Assembly (NCBI GenBank): GCA_038844785.1
Contig: JAWBRA010000014.1
Location: forward strand, 14,911-38,910
Direction: 5' to 3'
Source: Candidatus Caldarchaeum sp.
GTDB lineage: Archaea > Thermoproteota > Nitrososphaeria_A > Caldarchaeales > Caldarchaeaceae
DNA length: 24,000 bases
In this document: positions 1 through 8,465 of the stretch, piece after piece
Layout of the letters: each line of letters begins with the position of its first letter
How positions within the stretch are numbered: position 1 is the first letter of the stretch
Notes under the pieces: model-generated
Seen by the model: only the letters and a program-made list of their open reading frames with translations
What the model was told of the DNA's origin: nothing
Database searches by the model: none
Translations under genes and position numbers: made by a program

Positions 1-88
1 AAATGATACCTGTAAGGCTGCTCTCTCCCCCTGAACTTCTTGTACTTGTTTAAAACTCTTAATAACAGGCGATGAACCCTGTCAACGG

Positions 89-601
89 ATGCAGGAGACG
101 GAAAAGGCCAGTAGAGCGGGAGCGCTTTTCAGAAACGTTAGAATTGAGGATTTGATTCAAGTCATGAACATAAACAGGATATGCTTGCCTGAAAACTATA
201 CATACGGGTTCTTCGAGGACTTGGCCAGAGATTTCCCCAAGTCTTTTTGGGTGGCAGAGGTAGACGGTAAGATAGTTGGCTACATAATGTGCCGTGTAGA
301 AAGAATCTTCTCCAAGTTTGATTTCCTCAAAATCAGAAAGGCTGGACACATCGTGTCTATCGCTGTCCTACCTGAATACAGGAGAAGGGGTGTGGCGACA
401 GAGCTGATTAAGCTGGCCCTTAACTCGCTGACGGTTGAGTATGGATGTGAGGAGGCATACCTTGAGGTGAGAGTTTCCAACCATGCTGCAATCTCTCTAT
501 ACACGAAGCTTGGGTTTACACCCCGTGAGGTTCAGAAAAGATACTACATGGACGGTGAGGACGCTCTGCTGATGGCTGTAAAGCTTCAGCCTCTTTCCTG
601 A
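89..601 (+). CDS. GNAT-family N-acetyltransferase (archaeal Ard1/RimI-like)
   Basis: 170-aa ORF with an ATG start 34 nt downstream of a TTTAAAA box (49-55). It has a GNAT acetyl-CoA-binding core 'HIVSIAVLPEYRRRGVATELI' and an N-terminal 'LPENY' region typical of Ard1/RimI-type enzymes. The antisense ORFs inside it are not protein-like. Confidence 0.8.
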   Translation: MQETEKASRAGALFRNVRIEDLIQVMNINRICLPENYTYGFFEDLARDFPKSFWVAEVDGKIVGYIMCRVERIFSKFDFLKIRKAGHIVSIAVLPEYRRRGVATELIKLALNSLTVEYGCEEAYLEVRVSNHAAISLYTKLGFTPREVQKRYYMDGEDALLMAVKLQPLS

Positions 602-1281
602 AAGTGTTTTACGACCCTCTTAGCCTCCTCCAAGTCCTTATGGCTGTCTATGCTTATCCACTCCTCGTTATCGTAGGGCATAGCCTTTATCGCATTCATC
701 TCAACCAGAAGCGGGAAAGTCACCTTCTCCAAATCGCCCGAGTCAGGGAGATACTTGAAGATCTCCGATGTAAATGCGTAAACACCGGCGTTTATGTAGT
801 TGGGAAGCTGAGGTTTCTCAGCGAATTTTCTGACGATGAGTGTTTTCTCATCGAACTCGACGATGCCGTAGGGGGATGGAAGCCTAGTCAACGCGATGCA
901 TGCAATACATCCGTCGAGAACTTCAACCATTTTAAGCGGGTTCAGGGTTGTTAGAACGTCTCCGTTGACAACTATGAAAGACTTGTCAGATTTGAGGATG
1001 TGCTCACCGTTTTTTAAGGCGCCGCCCGTTCCGAGCGGCTCGTCTTCAACCGAGTAGCCTATTTTAACCCCAAGCTTGCTGCCGCTGCCCAGCACCTCTA
1101 TTATTTTCTCCCTCAAATAGCCAGCGCATACAACGAACTCCCTTATGCCGAAGCTTTTCAGCCACTCAATCTGCCAGACTATGATGGGTTTCCCGGCGAC
1201 GTCCAGCAAGGGTTTTGGAAGGGTCTCTGTCAAAGGCTTGAGGCGTTTTCCAAAACCTCCCGCCAGCAAAACCGCCTTCAA
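586..1281 (-). CDS. Sugar-phosphate nucleotidyltransferase (NTP-transferase family)
   Basis: 231 aa. The N-terminal 'LLAGGFGKRLKPLTETLPKPLL' is the GxGxRL nucleotidyltransferase signature. The TTG start (1279-1281) follows a GGTGA motif (1288-1292 on the minus strand) after a 6-nt spacer and sits directly after the cysS stop, so the two genes look like an operon. Confidence 0.8.
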   Translation of the reverse strand: MKAVLLAGGFGKRLKPLTETLPKPLLDVAGKPIIVWQIEWLKSFGIREFVVCAGYLREKIIEVLGSGSKLGVKIGYSVEDEPLGTGGALKNGEHILKSDKSFIVVNGDVLTTLNPLKMVEVLDGCIACIALTRLPSPYGIVEFDEKTLIVRKFAEKPQLPNYINAGVYAFTSEIFKYLPDSGDLEKVTFPLLVEMNAIKAMPYDNEEWISIDSHKDLEEAKRVVKHFQERG

Positions 1282-1287
1282 AAACCA

Positions 1288-2727
1288 TCACCTAACTATC
1301 CTGACGCGTTCACCCTCCTTCAAATCCTCTATGATGACCCCACGGTCGGCGAGCTCTGACCTGATTTTATCTCCCAGGTCGTACAGCCCACGTTTCCTCA
1401 ACTCTCTCCTCACATCCAGTAAAAGCTTTAGCAACTGTGTTGGCTCCAACCCTTTCACGTGCTCTGGCCTATCTTGAAACAGGCCAAGGATGCCGAGCAT
1501 CTTATACAATGTACCTTTAGCATAGACCAAGTCGTCCCTAACTAAACCTTGTTTTTCAATACTTGAGTTGACGAACCTAACAAACTCGTGCAGGCTTGCT
1601 ATGGCGTTTGATGTGTTGAAGTCGTTTGACATAAAACCTATAAAATCATCCATATAGATATCAACCCTAGACCTGAACTCTGCCGAGCCTTTCCCTGCTT
1701 CAGCGGTTTCCTCAAGAATATGGAGGTCGTCTAAAAGGTTTTTGATTCTAGATACGTTTTCAGAGGCTTGCTCCATAGCCTTCTCAGAGTAGTCCAGCGG
1801 AGTTCGGTAGTGGGCTGACAGGATGAAAAACCTTACGACATCTCTAGAATAGTTCTTCAACACGTCCCTGATTGTTAGGAAGTTGCCGAACGACTTGTGC
1901 ATTCCCTTCCCGCCGACTGTGAGCTCTCCCGTGTGCAGCCAGTATTTTACGAATGGTTTTTTGCCGGTGATAGCCTCAGACTGTGCAATCTCGTTTTCAT
2001 GATGGGGAAATATTAGGTCTTGACCGCCTCCGTGGATGTCTATCTGTTCGCCTAAATACTTCATGCTCATCACCGAACATTCTATATGCCATCCTGGAAA
2101 ACCTCTCCCCCAAGGCGTCTTCCATGACAGCGGGTAGTCCTCCGGCGCTTCTTTCCAGAGGGCGAAGTCGGCCGGGTTTCGTTTCCTAGGGTCAGGGTCT
2201 ATCCTATGTTTAACCAGCTCCTCGGCCTTTATTCCGGAAAGCTTCCCATAGTCCGTGACTTTGCTCACGTCGAAGTATATGCTGCCGTCAACTTTGTAGG
2301 CGTAGCCTTTGTCCAAAAGTTTCTCAACAGCTTCTATTATGTCAGGTATGTGCATGCTAGCCCTCGGCTGTATGTCTGGTCTTCTAACGCCTAGCGCGTT
2401 CATATCGCTGAAAAACTCCATCATGTATTTGTCAGCAACTTCCATGGGGTGTTTTTTCAGCCTTGCAGCACCCTGCATCATCTTGTCCTCTCCCGTCTCA
2501 CGGAGATGGCCTACATCCGTAACATTCCTAGCATACTTGACTGTGTAGCCCATGAACTCTAGGAACCTTATGATTGCGTCAAACGCCACATAGGTGCGCG
2601 CGTGACCCAAGTGGGCCACGTCGTAGACGGTGGGGCCGCATACATATATGGTGACAAACCCAGCCGTCCAAGGCTCGAAAACCTCAAGAGACCTAGACAG
2701 AGTGTTGTAAAGCCTTATCCTTTTCAA
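1288..2727 (-). CDS. cysS: Cysteinyl-tRNA synthetase
   Basis: 479 aa with class I aaRS motifs: 'HLGHARTY' (HIGH-type), 'GWHIECS', and the KMSKS-like 'GMHKS'. The N-terminus '[14 protein letters not shown]...YVCGPTVYD' is typical of CysRS. The start codon is TTG in the sequence. Confidence 0.95.
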   Translation of the reverse strand: MKRIRLYNTLSRSLEVFEPWTAGFVTIYVCGPTVYDVAHLGHARTYVAFDAIIRFLEFMGYTVKYARNVTDVGHLRETGEDKMMQGAARLKKHPMEVADKYMMEFFSDMNALGVRRPDIQPRASMHIPDIIEAVEKLLDKGYAYKVDGSIYFDVSKVTDYGKLSGIKAEELVKHRIDPDPRKRNPADFALWKEAPEDYPLSWKTPWGRGFPGWHIECSVMSMKYLGEQIDIHGGGQDLIFPHHENEIAQSEAITGKKPFVKYWLHTGELTVGGKGMHKSFGNFLTIRDVLKNYSRDVVRFFILSAHYRTPLDYSEKAMEQASENVSRIKNLLDDLHILEETAEAGKGSAEFRSRVDIYMDDFIGFMSNDFNTSNAIASLHEFVRFVNSSIEKQGLVRDDLVYAKGTLYKMLGILGLFQDRPEHVKGLEPTQLLKLLLDVRRELRKRGLYDLGDKIRSELADRGVIIEDLKEGERVRIVR

Positions 2728-2884
2728 GCCGGCTTTTTACCTACTGCGAATAATATATTTTTGAAGATGAGCACTTCAGCGAAAAATTTATAAGCTAGGA
2801 TAAACATGATTAAAGCAGAAAGACTTATAGGCAGAGGCATATGCACACTTCCTGCCTATATGTCTTTCTTGAGGGTGGAAAGGA

Positions 2885-3808
2885 TTGGTTAGAAAGAGTT
2901 GGAGAGAGTTGGAGTTTTGTCCGGAATGTGGAAACGAGATGCTTGTCACAGACCAGAGGACCGGGGAGGTTACATGCCCCGTCTGCGGCTACGTAGTCCA
3001 GGAAAAGGATGTCGACATGGGACCTGAGTGGCGAAACCTTGACGAGGAAGAGGGTAGCAGAAGCAGAGTTGGAGCACCGCTGTCGCCGATGTACAGAGAC
3101 CACGGCCTGTCGACGGTGATTGAGAGGATTGACGAAGACGCGGCTGGAAGAAAGCTGTCGAAGGAAACGCGGGAGAAAATGCTTAGGCTTAAAAAGCTCG
3201 ACGCAACATCCCAGATAAACTCCAGCGAGACAAGAAATCTTCAGCAAGCCGTAAACATACTCCAGATATACTATGACAAGCTACGTCTCTCACAACCTGT
3301 TGCCGAGAGGGCTATGCTGATATACAGAAGGGCTTTGAAGGCAGGGCTTGTTAGGGGCAGGTCGATAAAATCGATAATGGCTGCAGCCACATATGCTGCT
3401 TGCAGAATGCTCGGAACGCCACGGGACCTGAGAGAGTTTGAACGGGCTTACCCGGCGGTAAAACGTAAGACGATTGCACAAGGTTACAGACTGCTGCTCA
3501 AACACCTAGGGCTGAAAGTTCCCGTCGCAGACCCTTCAATCTACGTCAACAAAATAGCTTCTAAGGTAGGCTTGGACCAGAGAACTGTGCAAGAGGCTTT
3601 GAGGCTTCTGAACGAAGCGGTGAAGAAGAAGGCGACGGTTGGTAAAGACCCTGTCGGAATCGCCGCAGCAGCCTTATACATGGCTTGCCAAGAGACGGCT
3701 CAAAGCCTTACGCAAAAAGACATAGCCAAGGCCGCTGGCGTGACAGAAGTCACTGTGCGAAACCGGTTCAAAGGGTTGAAGGACATCCTCGAAAGCGTAG
3801 CGGCCTAG
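2885..3808 (+). CDS. tfb: Transcription initiation factor IIB (TFB)
   Basis: 307 aa. It has an N-terminal zinc ribbon 'CPECGNEMLVTDQRTGEVTCPVCG', two cyclin-like repeats, and a C-terminal 'GVTEVTVRNRFK' helix. The only in-frame start upstream of the zinc ribbon is TTG at 2885, preceded by a GAGGGTGGA SD-like motif (2871-2879). Confidence 0.95.
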   Translation: MVRKSWRELEFCPECGNEMLVTDQRTGEVTCPVCGYVVQEKDVDMGPEWRNLDEEEGSRSRVGAPLSPMYRDHGLSTVIERIDEDAAGRKLSKETREKMLRLKKLDATSQINSSETRNLQQAVNILQIYYDKLRLSQPVAERAMLIYRRALKAGLVRGRSIKSIMAAATYAACRMLGTPRDLREFERAYPAVKRKTIAQGYRLLLKHLGLKVPVADPSIYVNKIASKVGLDQRTVQEALRLLNEAVKKKATVGKDPVGIAAAALYMACQETAQSLTQKDIAKAAGVTEVTVRNRFKGLKDILESVAA

Positions 3809-4113
3809 ATAACCTCTATGTTTTCCTCCGAAAGGCCCATCTGCAGCAGAGCGTCTCTCGCCTTATCTCGATGGTCGCCTTGCAAGAGTATCATGCCGTC
3901 TTTGACCACTCCACCGCATGCAAGCACAGTTTTTAGCCGGGAGGCTATCTCCTGCAGGTCTTTTTTCGTCCCGTTCAAACCTTCGATGACGGTGGTTGGC
4001 TTGTTCCATTTACGTCGCTCAAGCTTTATCTTCACCCTCTGCTGTTCACGGCTTATCGTGCCGCAAACGCAGATCGATTTGGGGAGACCGCATGTGGGGC
4101 ATATGTCCGCCAT
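3805..4113 (-). CDS. Translation initiation factor aIF1 / SUI1
   Basis: 102 aa with an ATG start. It has an N-terminal zinc knuckle 'CPTCGLPKSICVCG' and a SUI1 core '...RVKIKLERRKWNKPTTVIEGL...ACGGVVKDGMILLQGDHRDK'. Confidence 0.9.
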   Translation of the reverse strand: MADICPTCGLPKSICVCGTISREQQRVKIKLERRKWNKPTTVIEGLNGTKKDLQEIASRLKTVLACGGVVKDGMILLQGDHRDKARDALLQMGLSEENIEVI

Positions 4114-4159
4114 TATTTCTTCCTCTTCCTCACCTAACTATGTGTCTCAAGGGTTGTTT

Positions 4160-4882
4160 TTAAGCGTTAGCGCCCCCAACACCACGGTCATAAACCGTCT
4201 TTCTTCTCCGGTATTCCTCTATGTCGTAAGCGTATTTCGCCGGTACGCCGTAGACGACCACGTTTGGGGGAACGTTCTTTGTCACAACAGACCCGGCTCC
4301 CACTACCGCACCCTCGCCTATCTCGACGCCTGGCAGTATTACGGCACCAGCTCCTATAACAGCGCCTTCACCTATAGAAGGCCCTTTCAACGGAGAAGCG
4401 ACAGGATAAGGGTCGTTGGTCATAACCACACCAGGCCCAATGAACACCCTGTCCATCACTTTGGTCAAATGCGGAATATATACGCTGGATTGTATGTTGA
4501 CGTCACGTCCTATTAGAACAGTGCCGTCGAGAAGCGTGTAGCTGCCTATTCGTGAACCGCTTCTTATAACGCTGCCCGACCTGATGAGCACGTTATGTCC
4601 CAGCTCCACCCCGCTCTCAATCATGACGTCGTCGTAGATGACACATCCTCTTCTGACAACGCAGCCAGGCCCTATGAAGGAGCCTAAGCTCGCCCTGTCA
4701 AGGATGTCTGCAACAGAGCCGAAGTCTCCAATACAGTCCATAAGCCTTTTACGCGACGGATAGCCAACAGTTACTCCGTCGTCAATTAAAGCTCTTTCAC
4801 CTATTTCTGTGGGGCCGTAGACATAAGAAAACTTTGAGACGAAACCGTTAATCTTCGCACGGGGCGATATGTACCCCGACAT
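4160..4882 (-). CDS. Left-handed beta-helix (hexapeptide-repeat) acyl/acetyltransferase
   Basis: Repeated hexapeptide pattern, e.g. 'IGEGAVIGAGAVILPGVEIGEGAVVGAGSVV'. The maximal ORF starts at GTG 4984. I prefer ATG 4882 (MSGYISPRA...) because an A/T-rich box on the minus strand (AAAATTAAATAC) lies ~25-35 nt upstream and the extra 34 N-terminal residues are not protein-like. Confidence 0.75.
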   Translation of the reverse strand: MSGYISPRAKINGFVSKFSYVYGPTEIGERALIDDGVTVGYPSRKRLMDCIGDFGSVADILDRASLGSFIGPGCVVRRGCVIYDDVMIESGVELGHNVLIRSGSVIRSGSRIGSYTLLDGTVLIGRDVNIQSSVYIPHLTKVMDRVFIGPGVVMTNDPYPVASPLKGPSIGEGAVIGAGAVILPGVEIGEGAVVGAGSVVTKNVPPNVVVYGVPAKYAYDIEEYRRRKTVYDRGVGGANA

Positions 4883-4922
4883 CGTGGCAAGACACCGTGG
4901 ACTGTATTTAATTTTTGCTTCG

Positions 4923-4938
4923 GATTTAAATCTATATA
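4923..4938. promoter_or_regulatory. Candidate shared TATA region for divergent genes (4882 minus / 4964 plus)
   Basis: TTTAAATCTATATAGG lies ~26-40 nt upstream of ATG 4964. A second A/T box serves the minus-strand gene. The spacing would give short or leaderless transcripts, as is common in archaea. Confidence 0.4.
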
Positions 4939-4963
4939 GGCTAAAGATGGTAGTGTTGTTTGA

Positions 4964-5794
4964 ATGACTGCGTGGCTGGCTCACGTAGACAAGGGACGTG
5001 TTACCAAGGTAGAGGGGGTGGAGACTTTTTACCTAGATCTAGGGCGTGGCCATCCTTTGTTGTTGATTCACGGATGGGGTTCTTCCTCTTTTAGCTGGAG
5101 AAAAAATTATCCAGTCCTGTCCAGCGTTTTCAGGGTGGTGGCGGTAGATTTACCGGGTTTCGGCATGTCAAGCAGGCTTCCATCCGGCTTTCATCTAGAC
5201 ACCGTTTCATCTCATCTCTTCCGTTTCTTGGAAACGCTGGATATTGACCGCGTCTCTTTGATAGGTCATTCGATGGGCGGGGCTATAGCCTCCCACATGG
5301 CAGCGCAGCATCCTGAGAAAGTCTCTAAGCTTGTCCTTGTAAGCCCAAGCCTTTTAGGGGAAGGGTCTGGGAAAAGGCCGTTTTTCGTCGAGCTGGCCCG
5401 AAACAAGTTTGTCGGCAAGGTTTTGGCGAGAGTTATGTTAAACAGATACTTTGTGAGAAGAGCTTTGAAAAACGCGTACAGTAACCCGGGCTTGGTGGAC
5501 GAGGAGATGGTTGAGGGATATTTTCAGTCGGTCGTCAGGTCTGGGCCTGTCCTCCTAGATGCTTTCAACATTATGCGAGAGTTCAACCTAAGCGTGATGG
5601 AAAAAATCGAATGTGACGTTTTGTTCGTGCTAGGCGAGAAAGATTCATGGGTTCCAGCTGACGGGAACAGGGCGATTGCTGAGAGGATTGGAGCTAAGCA
5701 TGTTGTAATTCCTGACGCAGGTCACAGCCCTCATGAAGAAAAGCACGAGCAGGTCAACAACATCATTATAACATTCCTGCAGAGCGGTATGTAA
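4964..5794 (+). CDS. Alpha/beta-fold hydrolase
   Basis: 276 aa with an 'HGWGSSSFSW' oxyanion region, a 'GHSMGG' nucleophile elbow, and a C-terminal 'DAGHSPHEE' catalytic-His region. Confidence 0.85.
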   Translation: MTAWLAHVDKGRVTKVEGVETFYLDLGRGHPLLLIHGWGSSSFSWRKNYPVLSSVFRVVAVDLPGFGMSSRLPSGFHLDTVSSHLFRFLETLDIDRVSLIGHSMGGAIASHMAAQHPEKVSKLVLVSPSLLGEGSGKRPFFVELARNKFVGKVLARVMLNRYFVRRALKNAYSNPGLVDEEMVEGYFQSVVRSGPVLLDAFNIMREFNLSVMEKIECDVLFVLGEKDSWVPADGNRAIAERIGAKHVVIPDAGHSPHEEKHEQVNNIIITFLQSGM

Positions 5795-5795
5795 G

Positions 5796-6008
5796 ATGCA
5801 CAGGAAAAGGATTGCTCGGATTCTGCTCGAGATCTTGATGTCCAGCGTCAACAGCAGCCGCGTTCCGCCAGAGCTAGGCTGGGCTGTGTGGGAAATGTTC
5901 CGAAAAAACAGGCTGGACAAACCTGACGGGTTTAAAGTCCTGGTTAAAGCTTGCAGACATTGCGAGCCGGAGAAGACGGCCAAGGTCTTAAAAGGGGAAG
6001 AGTCGTGA
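5796..6008 (+). CDS. Small hypothetical protein (70 aa), possibly DNA-binding
   Basis: The ATG sits 1 nt after the hydrolase stop. Its TGA stop overlaps a GTG (GTGA, 6005-6008) that opens the conserved part of the downstream oxidoreductase. I recognise no family. The N-terminal 'RIARILLEIL' is only reminiscent of small archaeal wHTH proteins. Confidence 0.4.
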   Translation: MHRKRIARILLEILMSSVNSSRVPPELGWAVWEMFRKNRLDKPDGFKVLVKACRHCEPEKTAKVLKGEES

Positions 6009-6955
6009 GACCCTTCTTCTCAATCGAGCTGGTCCCCAAAGACCCGATTTGGAAGCTCTTGATAGCGGCAAGTCTGGTGGAAAAAATAGGGTTTGACGGT
6101 ATATGGGTTAGCGACCATTTTTTCAACAGAAACTGCTTCATGACGCTTTCTACGCTGGCGCTGCACACGCGTAGAGTGGCTATAGGGCCCGCGGTCGTGA
6201 ACCCCTATTTAACACATCCTACGACGATTGCCCAGACGGCTGCAACGCTTTGGGAGCTGGCGCCGAACAGGGTTCGTGTGGCGGTTGGAGCAGGAGATGC
6301 ATTATCCCTCAAACAACTAGGTATCGAGAGGAATAAGCCCGTCGAGAAAGTTAGAAAGGCAGTTGAACACATCAGGAGAATCCTCCTCAACTCAGGTTTG
6401 CTACAGACTTACCCTGTTTCGGATGTTAAGGTGTTTGTAGGGGCTCAAGGAAAGAAAATGATGAGGATGGCTTTGGACGTCGCAGATGGTGTTTTAGTGA
6501 ACTGGTCAAGCTTGGACAAGCTGTTGGAAGCCGCGGAAATGTTAAAAACAGTCAAAGGCTTTTGGAAGGCAGCCTACATCATAACCTCAGTCCACGACGA
6601 CGAATTGAAGGCCCGTAAAACGGCTGTTCCTTTCGCCGCTTACTTGATGGTTGGAGCGCGTGAGGATTATTTGCAAGAGCTCGGGATAAGTTTGGATTTC
6701 AAAAACCAGGTTGAACAATTACTCCTGTCGAAAAACTGGGATAAGCTTTATGACGTAAGCGGCGCAGATTGGGTGGACCATTTCTGCGTGTGGGGCAAGC
6801 CGAAAAAGCTGGAAGATTTCACCGCCAGCCTGGTTGAGGCAGGCTACAATGAAATAGTTTACGCAGGGCCTTTAGGGCCAAGATACTTGAATGCACTTAA
6901 GCACATCACTCTAATATGTCGGCGTATCAGGAAAGAATGGGTTGACTTTGGCTGA
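6005..6955 (+). CDS. LLM-class flavin/F420-dependent oxidoreductase (Mer-like)
   Basis: 'FSIELVPKDP...GFDGIWVSDHF...VAIGPAVVNPYLTHPTTIAQTAATLWELAPNRVRVAVGAGD' matches the luciferase-like monooxygenase / methylene-H4MPT-reductase-like fold. The maximal ORF starts at 5951. GTG 6005 is preferred because family similarity begins there and it overlaps the upstream stop. Confidence 0.8.
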   Translation: MRPFFSIELVPKDPIWKLLIAASLVEKIGFDGIWVSDHFFNRNCFMTLSTLALHTRRVAIGPAVVNPYLTHPTTIAQTAATLWELAPNRVRVAVGAGDALSLKQLGIERNKPVEKVRKAVEHIRRILLNSGLLQTYPVSDVKVFVGAQGKKMMRMALDVADGVLVNWSSLDKLLEAAEMLKTVKGFWKAAYIITSVHDDELKARKTAVPFAAYLMVGAREDYLQELGISLDFKNQVEQLLLSKNWDKLYDVSGADWVDHFCVWGKPKKLEDFTASLVEAGYNEIVYAGPLGPRYLNALKHITLICRRIRKEWVDFG

Positions 6956-8465
6956 ACAAGCTTTGCTGACGAGGCCGGAGGTTGAAAGGCTGAAGAAAGA
7001 GCTGGCAGCAAAGCTGAAGCTGTCAAAAATACCCTCCGACGCCGAGCTGGCATTTCTTATGGAACCATGGAAAAAACGTGTCGTGAAGAAGCCGGTCAAA
7101 ACGGCTTCCGGCGTCGCGGTGATAACCGTTGTGGCGCCGATTTTCAGCTGTCCGCATGGAAGATGTGTCTACTGTCCTGGAGGAAGGCCTTTTGGAACGC
7201 CTCAAAGCTACACCGGAGAGGAAGCCGTAGTAAAGAATGCGGCATCAGTAGGATACGACCCCTACAACCAAGTGGCTGCAGCTGTTCAAAAACTACGTTC
7301 TATGGGTCATCCAGTTGACAAGGTTGAGCTCATCATAATAGGTGGAACCTTCACAGCAACGTCCCATGATTTTCAACTAAGATTCATTCAAAGATGCTTA
7401 GATGCGTTGAACGGAAGGTCTTCGAGAAGCTTGGAAGAAGCCCTCGCCCTAGCGGAAAACGCTGAGATACATGTCTCAGGCATCACTATCGAGACCAAAC
7501 CTGACTGGGCTAAAAAACACGTGGCTTCAAAGCTTGTCGACATGGGTGTGACACGGGTTGAGATAGGGGTTCAAGCGTTAGACGACTCTATACTTTCTTT
7601 GGTCAAAAGAGGCCATTCGCTCGAGGATGCTGTAGAAGCTACAGCAGACCTGAAGGATTTGGCCTTCAAAGTATGTTACCATATGATGCCCAACCTTCCC
7701 GGTTCGTCTCCAGCTAAAGACCTTCAAATGCTCACACAACTTTTTGAGGACGAAAGATACAGACCCGACCAGCTCAAGATATATCCGACGCTGGTTCTCC
7801 CTGGAACCGATTTGGAGAAGATGTGGCGTGACGGCGTATACAAACCTTACTCCGACGAAGAACTTGTTGATGTTTTGGCCGAGTTCATGAGGAGGGTTCC
7901 TCCGTACGTCAGAATTACACGTATACAGAGAGAGATACCTTTGAAGATTGCTTTAGACGGTTTGAGGACGCCTAACCTTAGGCAGGTTGTTGAGAAGAGA
8001 GTTGGCGGTGCGTGCCGTTGTATCAGATGCAGAGAGCATGGTCATAAGCGTGGAAATGTGAACCCCATGAAGGCTGAGTTGAACAGATACATCTACAAAG
8101 CTTCAGGTGGTATAGAGTATTTCGTATCATTCGACGAGCCAGATTCCGATGCTTTACTCGGGTTTGTAAGAGTTAGGATTCCCGGTAGAGCATTAAGGAG
8201 AGAGCTTGAGAACGCAGCCCTCGTCAGAGAGCTGCATGTATATGGCTTCCTACGCCCTGTGGGAGCGGGAGCTGTCGAAAACTCTTCTCAGCACAGGGGT
8301 TTGGGAAGGTTTTTGATGGCTGAGGCTGAAAAGATAGCTTTCGAAGAACACGGTATGGATAAGCTTGCGGTAATTAGCGGCGTCGGCGTTAGGAATTACT
8401 ATCGAAAGCTTGGATACAGTCTTGAAGGACCATACATGTGCAAAGAGGCCACACACCAGAATTGA
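6942..8465 (+). CDS. elp3: Elp3-type tRNA uridine(34) modification radical-SAM/GNAT enzyme
   Basis: 507 aa with a radical-SAM cluster motif 'CPHGRCVYCPGG' and a C-terminal GNAT domain ('QHRGLGRFLMAEAEKIA'). The start is TTG at 6942 and overlaps the upstream gene by 14 nt. The exact start is uncertain. Confidence 0.9.
   Translation: MTLAEQALLTRPEVERLKKELAAKLKLSKIPSDAELAFLMEPWKKRVVKKPVKTASGVAVITVVAPIFSCPHGRCVYCPGGRPFGTPQSYTGEEAVVKNAASVGYDPYNQVAAAVQKLRSMGHPVDKVELIIIGGTFTATSHDFQLRFIQRCLDALNGRSSRSLEEALALAENAEIHVSGITIETKPDWAKKHVASKLVDMGVTRVEIGVQALDDSILSLVKRGHSLEDAVEATADLKDLAFKVCYHMMPNLPGSSPAKDLQMLTQLFEDERYRPDQLKIYPTLVLPGTDLEKMWRDGVYKPYSDEELVDVLAEFMRRVPPYVRITRIQREIPLKIALDGLRTPNLRQVVEKRVGGACRCIRCREHGHKRGNVNPMKAELNRYIYKASGGIEYFVSFDEPDSDALLGFVRVRIPGRALRRELENAALVRELHVYGFLRPVGAGAVENSSQHRGLGRFLMAEAEKIAFEEHGMDKLAVISGVGVRNYYRKLGYSLEGPYMCKEATHQN

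Noticed and set aside
1329-1366. C/D-box-sRNA-like ATGATGA ... CTGA ... CTGA on the plus strand
   Set aside because: It lies antisense inside the cysS CDS. The spacing (~35 nt in total) is too short for a C-D'-C'-D architecture and there is no terminal stem or k-turn partner.
3818-4516. 232-aa plus-strand ORF
   Set aside because: It is entirely antisense to two well-supported genes (aIF1 and the hexapeptide transferase) and its sequence is low-complexity and S/R-rich, so it is a shadow ORF.
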